DNA of 63,900 nucleotides, counting the filler, from Octopus bimaculoides (taxonomy: Eukaryota), in the NCBI RefSeq assembly GCF_001194135.2. It is 8 parts of 7 records of this genome, joined end to end, with 100 filler letters (N's around TTAATTAATTAA, not from the genome) between each part and the next. Parts side by side here need not be neighbours in the genome. Positions count along the whole stretch, not along the records: positions 50,098 to 63,900 come from NC_069006.1; 7 more parts are not named here. One strand, given 5' to 3'. Position 1 is the stretch's first letter; every line of letters starts with the position of its first letter. Below the pieces are notes generated by a model. The model did no database searches, was not told the origin of the DNA, and worked only from the letters and a program-made list of their open reading frames with translations. Below are positions 50,938 to 62,303 of this stretch, one piece after another. The position numbers and the translations under genes are program-made.

Positions 50938-51305
50938 TTGCGAAAATGGCAAGAGTGGATGGTACTTCTCTAAGTGTAGACCTGTGAGTCAGAGAGAAAG
51001 AATTGGAGAGGGCACTTGCTCATAAGGTATCAGGGATGTATCGGACAGTGGGGTTCCTCAATTATCCCTAGAGGCATTCCTGTATCAGGAGGGCCACATC
51101 TCTATCATCCTCCCCACCACTTTTTTTTTTAACCTTTGCCTGCTGCATATTTGTCCCTTCTTTTTTAGCCTATACCATGTAGACTTTCCTTTTTTTCTTA
51201 TCCTTTCATTATATGTAAACCCCACACTTTATGTTTGTCTTTGTATTGTCCTCCCTCATCGTTCACCCTTGTGGAAAATAAATGAAATCATCATCATCAT
51301 CATTA
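50938..51305 (+). mobile_element. Probable Tx1 LINE 3' end (last codons + 3' UTR) fused to a SINE B fragment (50880-50937)
   Basis: VAKMARVDGTSLSVDL*, then a pyrimidine-rich UTR ending CACCCTTGTGGAAAATAAATGAAAT(CAT/TAT)n; Tx1 identity is from recall, not from an alignment. Confidence 0.55.
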
Positions 51306-51317
51306 TTATTATTATTA

Positions 51318-51875
51318 TTGAGTGAGAGAGCAGTGCATGCCATCAAAATGACACTGGGGTAAAATATACGAAGCCCAGTAAACCCCTCATGACTACCTGT
51401 CTGATAAGGGTACACCAGGCACATGCAACACAGCCATATGTGCGCAACAGGATGATCTCATATCAAGATAAACAGTGCATGACCTTGCAGGTGGGACCCA
51501 GTTAGAATTTTCTTCAGGTTGAGAAGCCCATCCTGCTCAAAAGGTCCCTGAATAAGGTTTGTTTAAGCATGATGAATGAAACACCCATGTTTCCAGGAGT
51601 GAATTATTCCAACTCCATAGAATTCCTCTCAACACATGGCTATGATGCTCCCCCACTACTTCTGCTCGTGATCAGAGATGCACATATCGTCAGCCACTAA
51701 GGGACATGCTCAGCTGGTTAAGGTCAAACAACTGACAAGCAAATCTGTGGTATTGAGCAGAATATTTGCTGTAGCCCATCTTTTATACCAAGACAGAACA
51801 ATGTACATGATAACACTTCCAATTGGTTAAGATCAGAAGCCATGAGAGCCACTGCCTGGTACTGCATCAGGGCAT
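51318..51875. repeat. Family C (full copy 3)
   Basis: Colinear with the other copies; (TTA)n flanks. Confidence 0.9.
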
Positions 51876-52379
51876 TTATTATTATTATTATTTGTATGAA
51901 TAAGAACATTAAATGTTTCACATGTCTGGTTAAAAAAGATAAAAACAATATTACATTATGGCTAATATTAATCACACTAATTATTTTTCCATCAGCAAAA
52001 TACAAAAGACAGGAGTTTATGCCTTCACCTTTTTGTAAAGACTCTTCAGTGAAGTGTAGCCTCTCTGTGGCTAGCCAGAATTTCTGTGTGGAACAGAAAT
52101 CAATAAATAAGATATATAGTGATCAATTTAACTTGTCATTGATACCATCACTGTGACCATTAGATTTTTATGTTGGTAAAAGTATAATTAATGATGATAA
52201 TAAACAGGTATGTTTTGCCTTTTAATCTTTTAGTCATGGAACAAATTTTTTTTGTATGTAGCTGCTACAGTAATATTCTAATCATTATAATCTCTCATTT
52301 CCATAATTCTCTAATTATTGTACAGATGGTGTCCCCAAGAGAATTCTTATCTGTCACCATTTTACAATATTGCACAGAC

Positions 52380-52737
52380 ATGGCTGTGTGGTAAGAAGAG
52401 TTTCGGGTTCAATCCCACTGGATGACACTTTTGGGCAAGTGTCTTCTACTATAGCCCCAAGCCAGCCAAAGCCTTGTGATTAAACTTGGTAGATGGAAAC
52501 TGAAAGAAGCCCATTGTGTGTGTGTGCGTTGTGTATGTGTATGCTTGTGTATGTTACTGTCTCCTTGTTTTGAGGTTGTGTCATAGCAGCAAAGCTGTGT
52601 CCTTTGTTTCCAATCTTCCAAGACATGTTTGGTCATGGGGCTTGGTGACAGGAAGAGCCTCTGGTCATTGAAAGATTTGTCTCAACAAAACTCCCATGCA
52701 AGCATGGAAAAGTGGATGTTAAAACAATGATGATGTA
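52380..52737 (+). mobile_element. SINE with family A head and RTE-like tail
   Basis: A head and body, then ...CCCATGCAAGCATGGAAAAGTGGATGTTAAAACAATGATGATG. Confidence 0.7.
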
Positions 52738-53069
52738 GACAAGTGTACAATCTATAGTAACAAAAGCAAAATTCTGTCTGTCCGTCCAGGACCCATGTAT
52801 CTCAGTCTACATTTGCTCTACAGAGACATATTATACCTTTTTGGAATCAGGATGAGCCCAAGATTGTAAAATCTGCCCTTCATTTGGTTCTTGGACATCC
52901 AGTATTGGGATCTGATTTAAAAGCATTTGGGTTGCTATTTCTAGCAGGTAAAGCTTGGTAGATTCATGCCATCTTGGTTGGCGTTTGTCAGATGACATCA
53001 AATCAAGGAGGAAATAAATGACATTTGCTTCGTTAATTTTACATCCAGATAGGCGCAGGAGTGGCTGTG

Positions 53070-53222
53070 TGGTAAGTAACTTGCTTACCAACCACATGGT
53101 TCCGGGTTCATTCCCACTGCGTGGCACCTTGGGCAAGTGTCTTCTACTATAGCCTAGGGCCGACCAAAGCCTTGTGAGTGGATTTGGTAGACAGAGACTG
53201 AAAGAAGCCTGTCGTATATATG

Positions 53223-53253
<31 letters not shown>

Positions 53254-53358
53254 TTGTGTTTGTCCCCCCACCAACATCGCTTGACAACCGATGGTGGTAT
53301 GTTTACGTCCCCGTAACTTAGTGGTTCGGCAAAAGAGACCGATAGAATAAGTACTGGG
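53070..53358 (+). mobile_element. SINE family A, 3'-truncated
   Basis: AGGCGCAGGAGTGGCTGTGTGGTAAG head, B-box, central (TA)(TG). Confidence 0.9.
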
Positions 53359-53754
53359 AGTGCGGCTTTTAAGCTAGTTTGGTATAAATGGTGATTTGCT
53401 TGCAAATAATTTGACAAGTTATGGACAGAGAAACTACATACACTTCCCTAGAGAACCTTAATAATGAAATGAAACCCTCAAATACTGGTTGCAGCTCACA
53501 GGTACCCAGTTTTAGGCCACCTGCCTTCGGGAGTGAAGTGCAAGTATACTTCTCTCTCAAGGCCATCCTGAGACAGCTAAGCAAGTAACTAAAATGGTTT
53601 CTGCCTGTCCTTCATATCAATCTCATGATCAAAGTTCAGAATGCCCTCCTCCACCAAACCAGAAGCTTGTTCACTTGTAAGTCAGCTGCACAGAACAACA
53701 CACATGAATCACCCTCAATCACCATGTCTACGTAGAAGTCATTTACTCTCTCGT

Positions 53755-54060
53755 TAGCATATTTCTATTGAAATACACTGCCTTTGTTTCAATTAATTAT
53801 TGAAATAATCAAGGATTCAGGAAAATAACTTCGTTGTTAATAATCTGCTATTCAGAACATAAATAAACATGAAATTTTGATGGAAGGTTCTAATTTAGAT
53901 CACTTTAACCCTTTTGTTACCACATTTCTGTTGAAATACACTGACTTGGGTTCAAATAACTTTGAAATTAAAGAAGTATTTACTAAAATAACTTTATAAT
54001 TATTAAGGTGGGAATTTGAAAGATAAATTAACGTAAACATGTAATTTTCATTCACAGTTT
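53755..54060. repeat. Tandem dimer of a ~150-bp MITE-related unit
   Basis: ATTTCT.TTGAAATACACTG..AAAATAACTT repeated; second unit starts TTAACCCTTT; related to 58217-58446. Confidence 0.55.
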
Positions 54061-54489
54061 TTAGATGACTTTAAAACAGGAAGTTTGTATCACAAGGGGT
54101 TNNNNNNNNNNNNNNNNNNNNNNNNNNNNNNNNNNNNNNNNNNNNNNNNNNNNNNNNNNNNNNNNNNNNNNNNNNNNNNNNNNNNNNNNNNNNNNNNNNN
54201 NNNNNNNNNNNNNNNNNNNNNNNNNNNNNNNNNNNNNNNNNNNNNNNNNNNNNNNNNNNNNNNNNNNNNNNNNNNNNNNNNNNNNNNNNNNNNNNNNNNN
54301 NNNNNNNNNNNNNNNNNNNNNNNNNNNNNNNNNNNNNNNNNNNNNNNNNNNNNNNNNNNNNNNNNNNNNNNNNNNNNNNNNNNNNNNNNNNNNNNNNNNN
54401 NNNNNNNNNNNNNNNNNNNNNNNNNNNNNNNNNNNNNNNNNNNNNNNNNNNNNNNNNNNNNNNNNNNNNNNNNNNNNNNNNNNCAGTGA

Positions 54490-54570
<81 letters not shown>

Positions 54571-54580
54571 CAACAACAAC

Positions 54581-54755
54581 ATCGAAAAATACCTTAGGAA
54601 TGAGAACCCAGGTTTGAAATTTCCCCAAGACACCTGATGAAGGCTGGAGGGTATATCAGCCGAAACGTTGTGTTAACAACAAACAAGATGAGGACAAATA
54701 TCCATCAAATGTAAATAATGTACATAATTCCTCATCTCTTAAATAAAGAACTGTA
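54581..54755 (+). repeat. HHR-bearing short repeat, intact copy
   Basis: Aligns with 1463-2103 and both arms of 59268-59508; preceded by (AAT)n(AAC)n. Confidence 0.85.
54629..54674 (+). ncRNA. Minimal type I hammerhead ribozyme with canonical core
   Basis: GACAC-CTGATGA-A-GGCTG/CAGCC-GAAA-CG-TT-GTGTT; palindromic AACGTT stem III; predicted cleavage after 54669. Confidence 0.75.
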
Positions 54756-55519
54756 TAATAAAAGTTGACAAGTTTTTCATCTTATATTTATTTTGTAAAC
54801 AAATAATACAATATTATGTAAACATTTTATAACCCTTTTTATAATGTTTCTTTCTTTTCTGGAAACTCACCACATACCGGCAGCTGATGGCTCACAGACC
54901 GGCACCGGTCCACAGGACACCACTCTGAGTAGCATTGTTGCAGAAGACTTTTACAACCTCTCAAGTGTTGGTGCCACAATAAAATGCAGTCCACAAACCC
55001 ATCAGATCCAAACCTAGCTTGCATGGAACATGGACTTTAAGAAATAGTAATGACCCCACTAGCATAGCTGGGAGTGCGGTAGGGTGGCATTTTTGGGTCT
55101 GCTGTAGGCAATAAGTGGTTTTTTTTTTGTGGGGTCCGGGAGCGGAAAACAGAAGTGCCACACCGGATGGCACACACTCTAGCTACGCTAGTGGATGACC
55201 CTGATGATATACACATGCACGTTGATATTGAACAGTGAGAATGAGTACTCAACACCACACTGGTGTATAAATATTCTTTATTTGAGGTAACAAGGCTACT
55301 GGTGGTTTCATGCTGAAAGAAATCTCTCAACAATTATTCAAGTCTGCATCCTGGGATGCTGGTATAGTTTCTCCATCTTGTTTTTATCCAAGAGGGAGAT
55401 AAGCATCAATGTCCTAAGGTAAAGACTTAAATAATTGATGAGAGGTATCCCTCCTGGCATGAAACCAATGGTAACCTGGTTACCCCACGGATAAAGTATA
55501 TATATATATATATATATAT

Positions 55520-55740
55520 ATTTATTCTTTTACTTGTTTCAGTCATTTGACTGTGGCCATGCTGGAGCACCACCTTAAAGGGTTTTTAGTCAAACAAATC
55601 GACCCCAGGACATATTCTTTGTAAGCCAAGTACTTACTCTATCAGTCTCTTTTAGCAAACCGCTAAGTTACAGGGATGTAAACACACCAATATCAGTTGC
55701 CAAGCAATAGTGGGGGAGAAGACACAGACACACACAAGAA
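55520..55740 (-). mobile_element. SINE family A 3' half
   Basis: Family A tail in reverse. Confidence 0.8.
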
Positions 55741-55754
55741 TATATATATATTTA

Positions 55755-55903
55755 TGGGTCAAAACAGTTTGATTCAAATTTCAAGTGTAATGCTAGCCGT
55801 CTGCTATTTTGAATATGAAATTCAAATTCAAAATGGCTGATGACTAGCATCATGCTTGAAACTCAAGTGTACCAACGAACTTGAATCAAATTGTTTTGAT
55901 CCA
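55755..55903. mobile_element. 149-bp fold-back MITE with TA TSD
   Basis: TIR TGG(G/A)TCAAAACA(G/A)TTTGATTCAA; inner ~34-bp IR; TA on both flanks. Confidence 0.7.
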
Positions 55904-55957
55904 TACATGTAACTCCCACTAAATTGGTGGAGTACCTTTCTTTCATTTGTCCACTCA

Positions 55958-56016
<59 letters not shown>

Positions 56017-56133
56017 AAACTAACACCTAGATCGCCATTATATACAAAGAAGCCATCTTCTCTCACTATAAATATACAAACATGCGAGCGTAGTAGAAAA
56101 CATCTTTCCCTGTCATCACCTGACTAATTATTA

Positions 56134-56291
56134 TTTGAAGCGGCAACTGCTTCGTACCTTTCCCGCCAGAACGCAAACTGACCAATCACAGCCCCTAATA
56201 AGGTCACGTGATAGTGTTTTTCTAATGCCTCTCTGGAGCCCCTATTTTGCTTTAAAGAGACTAAATTATACCCGCCAAATCGTCTCGGTTC
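56134..56291. promoter_or_regulatory. Candidate TATA-less promoter module
   Basis: TTTCCCGCC (56159), GACCAATCA (56180), GTCACGTGA (56203), CCCGCCAAA (56271), TTTGAA (56134); CpG retained. Confidence 0.45.
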
Positions 56292-57163
56292 NNNNNNNNN
56301 NNNNNNNNNNNNNNNNNNNNNNNNNNNNNNNNNNNNNNNNNNNNNNNNNNNNNNNNNNNNNNNNNNNNNNNNNNNNNNNNNNNNNNNNNNNNNNNNNNNN
56401 NNNNNNNNNNNNNNNNNNNNNNNNNNNNNNNNNNNNNNNNNNNNNNNNNNNNNNNNNNNNNNNNNNNNNNNNNNNNNNNNNNNNNNNNNNNNNNNNNNNN
56501 NNNNNNNNNNNNNNNNNNNNNNNNNNNNNNNNNNNNNNNNNNNNNNNNNNNNNNNNNNNNNNNNNNNNNNNNNNNNNNNNNNNNNNNNNNNNNNNNNNNN
56601 NNNNNNNNNNNNNNNNNNNNNNNNNNNNNNNNNNNNNNNNNNNNNNNNNNNNNNNNNNNNNNNNNNNNNNNNNNNNNNNNNNNNNNNNNNNNNNNNNNNN
56701 NNNNNNNNNNNNNNNNNNNNNNNNNNNNNNNNNNTTATATGTGTTACTGACTCCCTTTCTATCTGCTGTATCTCACGCATACACATACATGTATCACTTA
56801 CACACAATCTTTTCTTTACACGACGGCCTGTCTTTTATTATGTTTTATTATGTCGCACTCACACTCACACAGAGACATACATTTTAATGCTACAATAAAT
56901 ATTAGTTATTCATCTTTATCGGTTGTGTTCTATCGTCTTCATTACTGGCATTTACGAATTCACTATGTTATCGAAGTATAACATATTTATATCATTTGAT
57001 ATATTTTGTGTTCGACCGTGTGACGCGTTTAAGAAAGGAGCCGTTTTTCCATTTGTCACCATTTCTCCTTTTGGGTTCGCACGGTCGTACTTACATATAT
57101 ATATAGTAGATCACTAGCCACTATACCTTTTTCTATTTTCTCTCCCTCTTTATTTCTGTGTTC

Positions 57164-57199
57164 CTTTCTGTCGAAGAGCGTAGGCTCGAAACATAAAAG
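57164..57199 (+). ncRNA. Hammerhead-like motif with non-canonical core in a PLE pLTR-like remnant (~57117-57290)
   Basis: CTTT-CTGTCGA-A-GAGC(GTAG)GCTC-GAAA-CA-TA-AAAG. Confidence 0.4.
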
Positions 57200-57309
57200 A
57201 CTTTCTCACTTCCTAAGCATTAAACTAATACATCTGTTTGTTGTTAACACACCCATCTTCGTCTTTTGTTGTTTTGTAAATTCTCACTAATATATATATA
57301 TATATATTT

Positions 57310-57625
57310 TATTCTTTTTTCTTTTCATTCTTTTATTTGTTTCAGTCATTTGACCGTGGCCATGCTGGAAGAACCACACCAACATCGGTTGTCAAGTGAT
57401 GGTAGGGGGACAAACACAGACACATAAAATACACACACACTTCCACAGATACACATATATGCATACACATGACGGGCTTCTTTCAGTTTCCATCTACCAA
57501 ATTCACTCACAAGGTTTTTGGTCAGCCGAGGCTGTAGCAAAAGACACATGCCCAAGGTGCCACACAGTGGGACTGAACCCAGAACCATGTGGTTGGGAAG
57601 CAAGCTTCTTACCACACAGCCACAT
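57310..57625 (-). mobile_element. SINE family A (internal deletion)
   Basis: Family A in reverse. Confidence 0.85.
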
Positions 57626-58216
57626 ATTCATTATTATGCAGATAAGTTTATAAATTTCAATGTATAATATAAATATTTAAATCTATTGTTTGATGCACAC
57701 ACGCATACAGAAACTTACCCAGAAACACATACAAGCACCCACCCCTTATAAACATGCAAACAATTGCACACTCACACATACACAAATCCGCATTCTAAAG
57801 TTCTTTTATTGTTCGCTTCATATTGCATCTTTGTTTTGAGATTTAATTGTTTTCCAATCATCTTTTAATTCTTATTAATCATCTTTTCATAATCATCTTC
57901 TAATTCTTAATTAATTGACCAATTAGCTAATCAATTATTTACTTGTATTTCAAATCCTCCAACAATATTTACAAAAATCATTTTAACGAGGACAGACATT
58001 TTTATTATGACTCATCAGATTGCATGCACTAATTAATTCAGTCTGGTGTATTCAGACTTATATAAAATGAACTAATAAGAAATGCCTCTACAAGGACATT
58101 CAATGCTAGAAACGGCAGCCATATCACTCAAATTAACACTCTTCTTGCTTCAAAAAGGAAAGAGCATTTTGGATAAACGATTCCATGTTGAAGTTAGTGT
58201 CACCTAACAAGGCTGA

Positions 58217-58446
58217 TTAAACTCTTTCATTACTGTATTTATTTTGAGATACTCTGTGTTTCTTTTAATTAATTTTAAATATAACATAGAATTTAGTAAA
58301 ATAACTTCGTTATCATTAAGCTATTTTTAGGAACATAAATTGTGACTAAGGTTTGGTGGAAGATTTTATTTGAAAACTTATGAAAACAAGACATTTGTAT
58401 TCAGAGCCAGAACCGGTTCCAGCTGGGTTGGTAATGAAAGGGTTAA
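58217..58446. mobile_element. piggyBac-like MITE with TTAA TSD
   Basis: TTAA-ACTCTTTCATTAC ... GTAATGAAAGGG-TTAA. Confidence 0.65.
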
Positions 58447-59267
58447 AGAGGGTTTTGTTAAATGTGTATGTGTGTGTGTGTGTATGTGGGGGCTCTTGAG
58501 AAGATGAAAATGCAGAAGAAGAAGAGAGGACAGTGGACATCCATAATTCTTGAAAACAACCAGCCTCAGCTCTAAGGATGGTTCTCAGTGCCAGGAACTG
58601 ACATTCAGAAGTTTTCGCACTTTGCTAAAACCATAAGTACTACCCCACCATCATCTTCTAACAATTTGGTTAGTGGTGGTGGTGGGGAAGAGAGGACTGT
58701 AGAATATTAAAATAAAAGAATGCAAAAGTAAGATTAAGATTAAGAAAAACCTGTCCTCTTCCTGAAGCTGTATGAAGTTCCCATGGTTTTAAATATAACC
58801 TCCAAGGCACTAAAGGCTTTTTGGAACCAATTGTAGAAAGAAAAGGTAAAGATTAAGTACAGACTGAGAAAGAGACAGATTTTGGAAATGTAGAACATAC
58901 ATGCAAATAGACTGTATGTGTATACATATATATATATATATATATATTATTTTGTTTAAAAGAGTTCCAACACTGTCTGTTTTTTATGTTTTATTTATAT
59001 TCCTGCAGAACCAATGTGGGGTATAGAATATGGAATATACAATATATAATATAATATACAATATATAATATAAAATTTTTAAAAAATGGATGGCACCATG
59101 AAATAAAGTATTGAATATAGATGAAATATTGAGTGTTCAATATAAAGGATCAAATATATAAATATAAATATATAAAGGAGACTCGAGTTTCAGGGCTATT
59201 TCCCTTCGTCATGGCCGGTATGACAGACTTTAACAGACTATACATACATACACTATTTGATATCTTT

Positions 59268-59508
59268 GAGATGAGGAATTATGTACATTATTTACAATGG
59301 ATGGATAAGGGTCCTCATCTTGTTTGTTGTTACCACAACATTTCAGCTGATGTACTCTCCAGCCTTCATCAGGTGTTCTGGTGGAATTTCGAACCCACCG
59401 GTTCAAAATTCCACCAGAACACCTGATGAAGGCTGGAGAGTACATCCGCTGAAACGTTGTGATAACAGCAAACAAGATGAGGACACCTAGCCATCCATTG
59501 TAAATAAT
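59268..59508. repeat. ~110-bp-arm palindrome carrying two divergent HHR motifs
   Basis: 59287-59395 pairs with 59400-59508 around loop CACC; each arm has CTGATGA...GAAA. Confidence 0.9.
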
Positions 59509-59539
59509 ATAATTACATACACGCACACACACACACATA

Positions 59540-59750
59540 TTATCATCATTTAACGTCCATTGTCCATGCTGGCATGGACTGGATCGTTTGACCAAAGCTG
59601 GTAAGCTGGAAGGCTGCACCAGACTCCAGTCTGATTTGACATGGTTTCTATGGCTGGATGCCCTTCCTGACACCAACCACTCCAAGAGTGTAACAGGTGC
59701 TTTTACATGCCACCAGCACAGATGCCAATTGTGTAACACCAATATCTGCC
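59540..59750 (-). mobile_element. RTE-tailed non-autonomous element / RTE 3' end
   Basis: Minus strand ends CCATGCCAGCATGGACAATGGACGTTAAATGATGA. Confidence 0.65.
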
Positions 59751-60053
59751 ACAACTACAATTTCATTTGGCTTGATGGGTCTTCTACTCAAGCACAGTAT
59801 ATTGCCAAAGGTCTCAGTATTAAGCTAATGAGTATGAAAATCCTTAAATATTGCAGCAAAACCAGAAAACAAACCAACACTACACCTGATATCCCCCCTC
59901 CATACACATGCACACATATATATCATGACTCCTACACTCTTCACTTTCCTGACCTTTGTACATAATTCTATGTATTGTACATGCACCTTTGATGAGTTGT
60001 AGTGCACCTGAGTATTATACACAATAATTTCATCATCATCATTATTATTATTA

Positions 60054-60608
60054 TTGAGTGAGAGAACAGTGCATGCCATCAAAGTGATGCTGGGATAAAA
60101 TATATGAAGCCCAGTATCTCCATCATGACTACCCGTCTGATAAGGGTACACCAGGTACATGCATCACAACCATATGTGCGCAACAGGGTGATCACATATC
60201 CAGATAAACATTGCATGACCTTGCGGGTGGGGCCCAGTTAGAATTTTCTTCAGGTTGAGAAGCCCATCCTGCTCAAAAGGTTCCTGAATAAAGTTTGTTT
60301 AAGCATGATGAATGAAACACCTATGTTTCCAGGAGTGAATTATTCAAACCACAAAGAATTCCTCTCAACACATGGCTATGATACTCCCCCACTACTTCTG
60401 CTCATGATCAGAGATGCACATATCGTCAGCCACCAAAGGACATGCTCAACTGGTTACGGTCAAACAACTGACAAGCAAATCTGTGGTATTGAGCAGAATA
60501 TTTGCTGTAGCCCCATCTTTTAGAGCAAGACAAAATAATGTACATGATAACACTTCCAATCAGTTAAGATGAGAAGCCATGAAAGCCACTGGTACTGCAT
60601 CGGGGCAT
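60054..60608. repeat. Family C (full copy 4)
   Basis: Colinear with the other copies; (TTA)n flanks. Confidence 0.9.
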
Positions 60609-62054
60609 TTATCATTATTATTATTATTGTTGTTGTTGTTGTTATTATTATTAACATTTGCAAATATCTCAACATAATTTGTTTATAACTCAACAAGAGT
60701 GATAAATACATTGATAAAAATCTGTAAAAATTGCAATAAAATCGATATTTGTCCACAAAATGTGTAAATGTCACAACAAAAAACATTGCTAAACAATCAC
60801 ATCTCTTTGTGGTCAGGTTTCATGGGTTCAACACAAACAGGAGCTTGACACCTGTCACAAATAAGACTGCTACAAGCTGTAATTGTGCAGGTTAAGGGAT
60901 ACATTCAGATTTTAGGTAGAGGGGTCCAATACGAACAGCAATAAACCTGCAACTTGTTTTGGGAAACTAAAGGATGCATGTCCCAGAACTTTGAAGCAGG
61001 TCCTGGTGGGAACAACCATTAGGGATTAGGAAAAGAGAAGCCCAATGATGGTTGCTTCTGAAAGGTCCCTATTTAAGAGGTGCCTAGGGACACAATCCCC
61101 ATGACTGCCTCAGGAATAGTGAGCAGATTAAATGGGTGGATGGGTTCAGGTTTGGAATCTCATATAATCTTTCAAGGGTCTAATAAAATACCAGTAACAT
61201 ACTAGGGATAATTTCATTGTCTGAAATTTCTGGTATTACACTTCACTTAGAAATCAAAGCTAGTGTATTATTCTTTTTGTGGTTTCTATCAACAGACTGT
61301 GGCCATGCTGGGGCACTACTTTTTGAAATCTTCAGTCAATCATATTGAATAACTGTTACTTTTCAATGTAAAGGGATGGAAATTCAAAACTACACTCGAA
61401 CACACACACAAACACAGACCACACACACATGCACACAAAAACACACAAACACAAACACACTCAAACACACACACACACAAACGTACACAGAAATACATAC
61501 AAACACACACACACACACATGTGAAGGTGTATGACTCATTAAGGGTATTGAGCTCATGTTTATAGGATTGTGGGTTCAATTCCTAGACCAGGCAGTCTGC
61601 TGTGCCCTTCAGCAAGGCACATCATTTCACATTATTCCAGTCTACACAATTGAAAACAAATACCAGTCTAGCTGTGGTCCATACCTCTCTCTCTCTCTTT
61701 TTCTCTCTCTCTGTTGGATTCTGGATGTTCCACCAAGTCAAGGATATGAGTACTTAGAGGGTATCTACATATCACTACACAGGTACCTAAAACAATCAGT
61801 GAGATCATGGTACATCGGACCAAGCCAGGCTTGCTTATAAGGGATGCCTAAGCAACCAAGCACACACACACATGACTTTGTCTCTCTCTTTCTCTTCTTT
61901 CTTTTCCAACTGAAGTAGCCATGTGTCTCCCTTATAGCAAAACACCTATCTCTATCCTTCTAGTGTACTTTCCAGCCCCTCTTCAACTGACACAAACTCT
62001 CCTCCCTCAATATTAGTCCCTCCCACCCCAGTCAAGGAGTCTTTATCTTACAGG

Positions 62055-62235
62055 GTAATATCGCCAGGGCTGGTGCCACGTAAAAGGCACCCAGTACACT
62101 CTGTAAAGTGGTCAGCATTCGGAAGAGCATTCCAGCCACATAAACCAGGCCAAACGGACAAAAGATCTAGCCACTGGCTTGTCGGCACCCACCACACTGT
62201 CCTGCCTAGGCCAGCATTGTAAACAGATATGATAT
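62055..62235 (+). mobile_element. RTE-tailed element fragment, diverged
   Basis: GGTGCCACGTAAAAGGCACC..CATTCGGAAGAGCATTCCAGC..GCCAGCATTGTAAACAGAT; similar to the reverse complement of 59540-59720. Confidence 0.55.
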
Positions 62236-62303
62236 ATATATAATGCTTTTGTTTGTACCTGTTCCACTCATATCATTTCATAATGTACAAATATAGATGT
62301 ATA

